Shown: positions 49,305-55,010 of the stretch, in pieces
How the letters are laid out: each line of letters opens with the position of its first letter
Numbering within the stretch: position 1 is the stretch's first letter
NCBI GenBank assembly: GCA_002309885.1
Contig: DBYP01000019.1
Span: forward strand, 8,153 to 63,162
DNA: 55,010 nt
DNA from: Verrucomicrobia bacterium UBA1183
GTDB lineage: Bacteria > Verrucomicrobiota > Verrucomicrobiia > Opitutales > UBA9783
Direction: 5' to 3'
Made by a program: the position numbers and the translations under genes
Notes under the pieces: generated by a model
The model's database searches: none
What the model was told of the DNA's origin: nothing
What the model saw: only the letters and a program-made list of their open reading frames with translations

Positions 49305-49683
49305 TGGTGGAGGTGGCGGGAGTTGAACCCGCGTCTTCTTCAAAATCAGCAAAAGCTTCTACATACGTAGCACCTTGTGATTGTCCAAAGCGATGCCATA
49401 GGTGCATGTTTCACTTTGTAAGTTACCAAAAGTACGGTAAAAGCCGGCAACAAGCCTTTACTATGCTCGCAGAAACAGCCTTTAATGCTTAGCGAGTATG
49501 AGCACCAAAAGCAGAATTGTACTTATTGACAATTCATTCAGATCAAGCAGCTACCGCGAAGGCATTGCTTGGGAACTTTACAACATTTTCATTTATTGTT
49601 GCGATGGATTGTTAACGAAGCCAACCATCATCTTCGGTATGCCACTTCAGTTTCATCTGAAAAATCGAATCCTGAACACCCCC
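49305..49683 (-). ncRNA. ssrA: tmRNA; tag (A)ENVVKFPSNAFAVAA* at 49543-49590
   Basis: 5' GGGGGTGTTCAGGATTCGA and 3' GACGCGGGTTCAACTCCCGCCACCTCCACCA form an Ala-type acceptor stem (G3:U); tag ORF ends in AA-stop. Confidence 0.95.
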
Positions 49684-49820
49684 ACTTTTCAAAGAACAAT
49701 ACGCCGCTAACTTAAATCAGAACACGCCCTTAGATTTTTGTCAAGCGCGATAAAATACTAACATGGCTGCTATGAGAAACAGGGCCAAAGTGTGTTTAGC
49801 CGGACTAAAGGGCCACGCTC

Positions 49821-49987
49821 TAGAGTGTGTCTACAGAAGATAAAACGTTATAAATGCATAAACCCTAAGAGAACTTTTTGAAAAAAGTTCCCTTAAATCC
49901 TCAAAACCTTTCATAATTTTGCAACCATGTTGCAAAATAAGAAAAGTTTTAAGGGAGATTGAAGGACTTTTTTACAAAAAATCCTTC
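49821..49987 (+). repeat. Modular palindromic repeat copy (lacks the GCAGGGC hairpin)
   Basis: TAGAGTGTGTCTACA; GAACTTTTTGAAAAAAGTTC; ATTTTGCAACCATGTTGCAAAAT; GAAGGACTTTTTTACAAAAAATCCTTC. Confidence 0.9.
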
Positions 49988-50025
49988 TACAAAATTCTTC
50001 GCTTTCCTTCAATCCCTCAGTCAGA

Positions 50026-51096
50026 TTACTCAGAGGCAGAGCCGATATCGGATTCGGAAGCATCCTTTCCTTCGTTGCTAAGTTCTTCCAAATTGCTTCC
50101 TTCCATCATTTCATCAAATCTGGACTTTTTCGGTGACGGTGCTTGCGTGTACAGACATACAGTCTCTCCCTCGGAGGCAGTATCTAACTCAGATGCAGTA
50201 TCTACAGATTCGTAAACATCCGCATAATATATACGACCCGAGTCAGGGCTATCTTCTATGCCAATCACATCAACAAAACGAATACGTGCCAATGACCAAA
50301 ATAGAGCTTTTGCTTTTGCATCAAGGGTACTACCTGTTAAATCCACCGTCTTAATAGGTAGTTTATTGGGTGTATCAGCGTACAAAACTTTGCGCAAGGT
50401 TTTTGCCGGGAAATCGCAGTGGAACAATTTCAATAATTCCAAATTTTTACACTGTGACAAACTTTCAACAAAGCTCTCTTGCAATTCACATTTTTCAAAG
50501 TAAATTTCCCTACATAAACAACCTGCTAAGATTAGATTTTTAGGATCGGGACCACATTCTATCAACATGAGCCCTTTTATCATAGGTCTTCCACTCAAAA
50601 CCTGAGTCGCTACCCTAAACATTTCTCGTCTATGTACACGATGCATATAAAAACAAAATTCATTGGTTTCTGGGTTTAATACTAACCCCATGTGACTTTT
50701 TGAATCATCCTCTATCGCATCCTCAGATTCTACTATTCGTAGATGATAACCACATTGCGACACCCACAAAAAAACGCGTACAAGTATAGAGTAATATGCA
50801 CTTAACGCACTTTTGCCTTCATATTTATCAAAATCTCCCACGAGATAAACGATGCCGTTTTTGTATCGAACAACCAAATCTGGATAATAACCAAACGTTC
50901 GATAATCCGTTGTATCCATTACTGACAGTAAAAAGCGGTCTTTTTTGTACCGATTTAAACATCCCACTTCCAAATCTAAAGCCGCTTTAGACTTTACAAT
51001 ATCGGTAAAGGCATTGGGGAAACGTACCTCCATATCTCCACAAACCAGTGGAAGATGTATAGACATTAAAAACAGTGTCCTCAGTAATGTTTTCAT
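50026..51096 (-). CDS. Hypothetical secreted protein with an RNI-like LRR region and acidic tail (start corrected to 51096)
   Basis: Signal-like MKTLLRTLFLMSIHLPLVCG; LSQCKNLELLKLFHCDF and IKTVDLTGSTL repeats; the track's longer start would overlap glgA. Confidence 0.75.
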   Translation of the reverse strand: MKTLLRTLFLMSIHLPLVCGDMEVRFPNAFTDIVKSKAALDLEVGCLNRYKKDRFLLSVMDTTDYRTFGYYPDLVVRYKNGIVYLVGDFDKYEGKSALSAYYSILVRVFLWVSQCGYHLRIVESEDAIEDDSKSHMGLVLNPETNEFCFYMHRVHRREMFRVATQVLSGRPMIKGLMLIECGPDPKNLILAGCLCREIYFEKCELQESFVESLSQCKNLELLKLFHCDFPAKTLRKVLYADTPNKLPIKTVDLTGSTLDAKAKALFWSLARIRFVDVIGIEDSPDSGRIYYADVYESVDTASELDTASEGETVCLYTQAPSPKKSRFDEMMEGSNLEELSNEGKDASESDIGSASE

Positions 51097-51160
51097 TCCT
51101 ATACTTTTAAGTGAAATACCGCTTAAACACAAGTAAAAAATCGGAAAAGATGATTTCCGT

Positions 51161-51189
51161 TTGCTTTTAGGGTAAAAACGTGCTACGAT
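51161..51189 (+). promoter_or_regulatory. sigma70 promoter of glgA, probably leaderless
   Basis: TTGCTT-N17-TACGAT with extended -10 TG, 7 nt before the ATG. Confidence 0.6.
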
Positions 51190-51196
51190 AAAGGGA

Positions 51197-52636
51197 ATGA
51201 GAATTCTAATGGCGAGTCCTGAATGTTTCCCGTTTGCCAAAGTGGGCGGCTTGAGTGATGTTGTAGGAGCTTTAGCGAAATTTTTGGCAAAAGCGGGGCA
51301 TGATGTACGCGTTTTTCTTCCTTTGTATGGTTGCGTAAAGCTTCCCGAAAATACGATAACGTACGAAAACATCGAGGTGCACTTGGGGGGACATCAACGT
51401 ATCTGTCGCGTTTGGAAACACAAGCACGATGGTGTTGTTTACTATTTTATCGAATATCAGCAGTATTTTGGAGACTCAGCGATTTATTTTAATGGCGACT
51501 ACAACGGCGAACGTTTTGCCTTTTTCGATAAAGCCATTTTGGATGTGTGCGCTTCATTTCATTGGATTCCGGATGTGGTTCACTGCCATGATTGGACAAC
51601 CGGTCTTATTCCCGTATACTTAAATACCGTATTTTGCAATAGCCCACTCCATAAAATTGCTTCCGTATTTACCGTACACAATTTGGAACATCAGGGCATT
51701 TTCTCACCCGACATTTTGGCGTACGCGGGCATTCCGTTCAGCGAATTTCATGCACACAGCCTCGAATCTTTGAACTGCGTCAATTTCATGAAAGGTGCCT
51801 TGTATCACGCGACGAAATTGACCACCGTCAGCCCAACTTATGCCAGAGAAATTCAGACATCCACCATGGGTTATGGACTGGATGATGTGCTTCGCTTCAA
51901 AGCAGGCGATCTCATTGGTATTCTCAATGGTATCGATGATACTCTTTGGAATCCTGAAACCGATCCGAATATCGAGGCACACTTTTCTGCGCACAACTTA
52001 CATGGTAAGCAACTTTGCAAACGTGCTTTGCAACACACATTGGGCTTGCCCTTGCTAGATGTCCCTTTAATCGGCGTTATTAGCCGTTTATACGCACAAA
52101 AAGGTCTGGATGTTTTCATGGATGTTCTGCCGTTTATATTCGATAAAATGCAGGTACAAGTCGTTGCCATCGGAAGCGGAGAACCTCATTGGGAATACCG
52201 CCTGAACGAACTCACGCGCTGTTTCCCGGATAAAATCAAGGTGTATATCGGTTACAACAATACTTTAGCCCATCAAACCGAAGCCGGCTGCGATTTATTC
52301 ATGATGCCAAGCCGATTTGAACCCTGTGGCTTGAATCAAATGTACTCCATGCGTTATGGAACATTGCCGATCGTCCGAGCCACCGGCGGATTGTTGGATA
52401 CGGTAGAAAATTTGAACGAAACTCAAGAATCCGGCTGCGGATTTATTTTCGAACATCTATGTTCAGATGCCATCTACAATACCGTCGGTTGGGCTTGTTC
52501 AACTTACTTTGATCGTCCCAACCTTTTCCGCAAAATGCAAGTAGCCGCTATGGCAAAAGATTTTAGCTGGCGAAAATCTATTGATAAATACATAGAGGTT
52601 TACCATTGGGCAATGCAACAACGCGGCGGTTTTTAG
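51197..52636 (+). CDS. glgA: Glycogen synthase
   Basis: KVGGL, HCHDW, TVHNL, TVSPTYA, SRLYAQKG, MPSRFEPCGLNQ, TGGLLDTV. Confidence 0.97.
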   Translation: MRILMASPECFPFAKVGGLSDVVGALAKFLAKAGHDVRVFLPLYGCVKLPENTITYENIEVHLGGHQRICRVWKHKHDGVVYYFIEYQQYFGDSAIYFNGDYNGERFAFFDKAILDVCASFHWIPDVVHCHDWTTGLIPVYLNTVFCNSPLHKIASVFTVHNLEHQGIFSPDILAYAGIPFSEFHAHSLESLNCVNFMKGALYHATKLTTVSPTYAREIQTSTMGYGLDDVLRFKAGDLIGILNGIDDTLWNPETDPNIEAHFSAHNLHGKQLCKRALQHTLGLPLLDVPLIGVISRLYAQKGLDVFMDVLPFIFDKMQVQVVAIGSGEPHWEYRLNELTRCFPDKIKVYIGYNNTLAHQTEAGCDLFMMPSRFEPCGLNQMYSMRYGTLPIVRATGGLLDTVENLNETQESGCGFIFEHLCSDAIYNTVGWACSTYFDRPNLFRKMQVAAMAKDFSWRKSIDKYIEVYHWAMQQRGGF

Positions 52637-52797
52637 CGTGTCGACGAAAGTTAAAATTGAGAGATTTTTGTAAAAAATCCCCCAAACTCCCTTAAAAGCA
52701 GGGCAGCGGCCCTGCCCCCCAGCCATTTTGCAGCATCGCTGCAAAAAAATAAACGTTTTTGAGGGTCTAAGGGAAACTTTTTCCCAAAAGTTCCCTT
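52634..52797 (-). repeat. Modular palindromic repeat copy
   Basis: All four hairpins in reverse order between convergent glgA and miaB; begins TAGCGTGTCGAC, overlapping the glgA stop. Confidence 0.9.
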
Positions 52798-52809
52798 GGC
52801 GTTTGTCCC

Positions 52810-54141
52810 TTAGACAATATCCCCTTCTAAAACACTGGAGGAAGTCTTTTTGATATAAATAGCTTGAAAAGTACCGATCAAATCTTCAGTTCCGGTGAAT
52901 ATAATTTTTTTATTGTAGACGTTTCGACCCAAAAATCGGTTTTCACCTCGATGCGCGCGTCCTTCCACCAAAATCGATTGCGTTGTATGCAAAAACTGCT
53001 GATTATAACACGTCGAATAATGCGTTAATAGGGACAACAAACGCTGATTACACGCTTCCTTTACCGATTCCGAAACACCCAAATCGGTTTTTTGCTGTTC
53101 CGCTGCACTTGTTGTCGGACGTGGGCTATATTTGAAAATATAAGCCATATCGAAACCGATCGCATCAAACAAATCGTAGGTTTGCTGAAAATCTTCTTCA
53201 GTTTCGCCCGGAAAACCAACAATAATGTCCGTAGAAATGGCTATTTTTGGATGAATCTTGCGTAAATCGCCCACAATCTGCAAAATCTTTTCACGCGTAT
53301 ACCGTCGTCGCATCGCCTCCAGAATGCGGTTAGAACCACTTTGTACCGGCAAATGTATCGAAGGACAAAGTTTTGGCAATTCTGCGTAACATTGGATCAA
53401 GCCCTCGTTAAAAAATGCTGGATGTGGCGACATAAAACGGATGCGCTCCAATCCATCGATAGCATGAATCGCATGCAACAATTCTGTAAAATTTGTGGAA
53501 GACGTTTTGTCAAAGTAAGCATTTACAATCTGCCCCAAAAGCGTCACCTCTTTCACCCCATCAGCGACCGCTTGCTGAATTTCGTGCAAAATGGAAGACC
53601 GGGGGCGATTCTGCTGTTCGCCACGTGTCGTTGGAACAATGCAATAAGAACAACGCATATTGCACCCTTGCTGAATGGGAACAAATCGACAGGGCGATGT
53701 CGGCAATTTCTGTTCATAACATGCAAATTCAAAGGCCTCGGGAATACCTGCAATGATGCACTTATGCGAATCATTTTCGAGTGTCTTTCGGATAATTTCG
53801 GGAACTTCCGATAATTTTTGTGGCGGAATAATCCAATCCAAATCGGGCAAAACTTTTAAAAGTTGTTCCTTCTGCCGGGACGCCATACAGCCCAAAATCC
53901 CCACACGATAACGCGCATTTTTACGCTTATTTTTGAGCAATCTTCCGGCTTTCCCAATGGCTTTACTTTCGGCAAGATCGCGAATGCTACACGTGTTCAA
54001 TAAAGCGATTTCCGCTTCCGCTTCATTTTCAACCACCGTATGGCCGGCTTCCTGCAACAAAGCTTTTAACGTTTCGCTGTCACGCATATTCATCTGACAA
54101 CCGTACGTCTTTATCCAAATTCTACGATGGAAATCTGCCAT
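52810..54141 (-). CDS. miaB: tRNA-i6A37 methylthiotransferase
   Basis: TYGCQMN.RDSE, NTCSIR, GCNMRCSYCIVP (radical SAM), HLPVQSGS, TDIIVGFPGETEEDF, TRAM domain. Confidence 0.96.
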   Translation of the reverse strand: MADFHRRIWIKTYGCQMNMRDSETLKALLQEAGHTVVENEAEAEIALLNTCSIRDLAESKAIGKAGRLLKNKRKNARYRVGILGCMASRQKEQLLKVLPDLDWIIPPQKLSEVPEIIRKTLENDSHKCIIAGIPEAFEFACYEQKLPTSPCRFVPIQQGCNMRCSYCIVPTTRGEQQNRPRSSILHEIQQAVADGVKEVTLLGQIVNAYFDKTSSTNFTELLHAIHAIDGLERIRFMSPHPAFFNEGLIQCYAELPKLCPSIHLPVQSGSNRILEAMRRRYTREKILQIVGDLRKIHPKIAISTDIIVGFPGETEEDFQQTYDLFDAIGFDMAYIFKYSPRPTTSAAEQQKTDLGVSESVKEACNQRLLSLLTHYSTCYNQQFLHTTQSILVEGRAHRGENRFLGRNVYNKKIIFTGTEDLIGTFQAIYIKKTSSSVLEGDIV

Positions 54142-54181
54142 GATGGGAGACTCAAAGTCGGCCGAAAATCTTTTCTAAAGA

Positions 54182-54622
54182 TTACTTGTCTGCCTTCATT
54201 CTTTGAAGCTCAAGCTCTAAACGCTCTTTCTCGACTTTTTTCTCCTCAAGCTCCAAGCGTTTACGTTCTAATTCCAGCTTCCTTTTTTCGATATCCTGCT
54301 TTTGAAAATCAATTCTCTCCTGCTCAATCTCATAATTTCCACGACGGATTTCTTGACGTAAATCGTCATTCGAAACCGTACCACGAACATTATAAGTCGA
54401 AACCTCCTCTTCACCCTCTTTATTGGTCGCACTTCCAATTGCACCGCCCGCGATTGCGCCCATCAATCCGCCGGCAAGCGCACCACCCGCACCCCCATCG
54501 ATGGCATAACCGATGCTCGCTCCAACGGCAGAACCAACGGCACAGCCCGCTAAACCAGATTCCGTTTTCGTACAACCCGCTAAAGGCAAAAGACTCAAAG
54601 ATACTAAAGCAAATTTATTCAT
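54182..54622 (-). CDS. Glycine-zipper lipoprotein with a C-terminal coiled coil (start corrected to 54622)
   Basis: MNKFALVSLSLLPLAG|C lipobox; GxxxG zipper; E/K/R-rich tail. Confidence 0.85.
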   Translation of the reverse strand: MNKFALVSLSLLPLAGCTKTESGLAGCAVGSAVGASIGYAIDGGAGGALAGGLMGAIAGGAIGSATNKEGEEEVSTYNVRGTVSNDDLRQEIRRGNYEIEQERIDFQKQDIEKRKLELERKRLELEEKKVEKERLELELQRMKADK

Positions 54623-54685
54623 GACCTCAAAGTAAATTACCCCACACATGTGTCAAATCAATAGTAAAACATTTTGTAATTCCTG

Positions 54686-54793
54686 TAAAAGCAGGGCAAA
54701 AACCTTGAGTCCCGTCATTTTACAACATGGTTGCAAAATAAGGGAAAAGTTTTTGAGGACTTAAAGGAAGCTTTTTTTCAAAAAGTTCCCTTA
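54686..54793 (-). repeat. Degenerate modular palindromic repeat copy
   Basis: TAAAAGCAGGGC, ATTTTACAACATGGTTGCAAAAT, AAGTTTTTGAGG, GGAAGCTTTTTTTCAAAAAGTTCCCTTA. Confidence 0.85.
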
Positions 54794-54799
54794 AAATTT

Positions 54800-55010
54800 G
54801 GTTCTTGACAAGATTAGAGTGGCAAATGTCTAAGATTGGTTAACAACAGTTTGTAAATATTTTCGGTACGATGGTTGAAACGCCATTCGGTTTCTTTTAA
54901 GTGAAGATTGAAGTTTTTACGGGTGATGCCTCGCATTTTTGCAAGTCTGTTTTTGGCAACACCCCAGAAGTTTTCGATACCGTCTACATGAGTCCTTCCG
55001 TTGGCGAAAA
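54800..55010 (-). mobile_element. IS1595-family element, right end (transposase 3' part 54814-55008; runs off the window)
   Basis: Hand translation FANGRTHVDGIENFWGVAKNRLAKMRGI...LHLKETEWRFNHR...PL*; end sequence GGTTCTTGACAAGATTAGAG. Confidence 0.9.

Noticed and set aside
49304-49710. ORFs 49304-49492 and 49498-49710
   Set aside because: Antisense to tmRNA
51097-51372. N-terminal 92 aa of the 448-aa track ORF
   Set aside because: It overlaps glgA and its promoter on the opposite strand; the signal peptide begins at 51096
54127-54624. 165-aa plus-strand His/Pro/Arg-rich ORF
   Set aside because: Antisense shadow of the glycine-zipper lipoprotein
1-55010. CRISPR array
   Set aside because: The palindromic repeats are dispersed and variable, not regularly spaced with unique spacers, and there are no cas genes

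Overview
A 55 kb chromosomal segment, most likely from a host-associated (probably intracellular) member of the Verrucomicrobiota, Opitutales-like. The taxonomy is inferred from protein style and gene order, not from a search. The backbone is housekeeping: waaA, acpP-fabF, valS, pgk-tpiA, a fumC/aspA-family lyase, mreBCD-dapF, hpf, malQ, glgA, plsC, trpS, accBC-asp23, rpoE/anti-sigma/HtrA-like, rseP, two M16 peptidases, rpiB, miaB, tRNA-Glu(CTC), tRNA-Val(TAC) and tmRNA. Host-interaction signals include an NTT/Tlc nucleotide translocase and a minimal flagellin with a sigma28-like promoter. There is also an NleD/M91-like HEXXH metalloprotease with a small secreted partner inside mobile-element debris, and a secreted LRR-like protein with an NLS-like tail. 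The best candidate for an undescribed system is a four-gene operon (46085-49039): AsmA-like protein, translocator/Inc-like hydrophobic-hairpin protein, SycD/LcrH-like TPR chaperone and a secreted LRR protein. Intergenic DNA carries a modular palindromic repeat (about 10 substantial copies plus fragments), an RPE-like MITE, an IS30 remnant with three solo IS30-like ends, and the end of an IS1595-family element. No CRISPR array or rRNA was seen.
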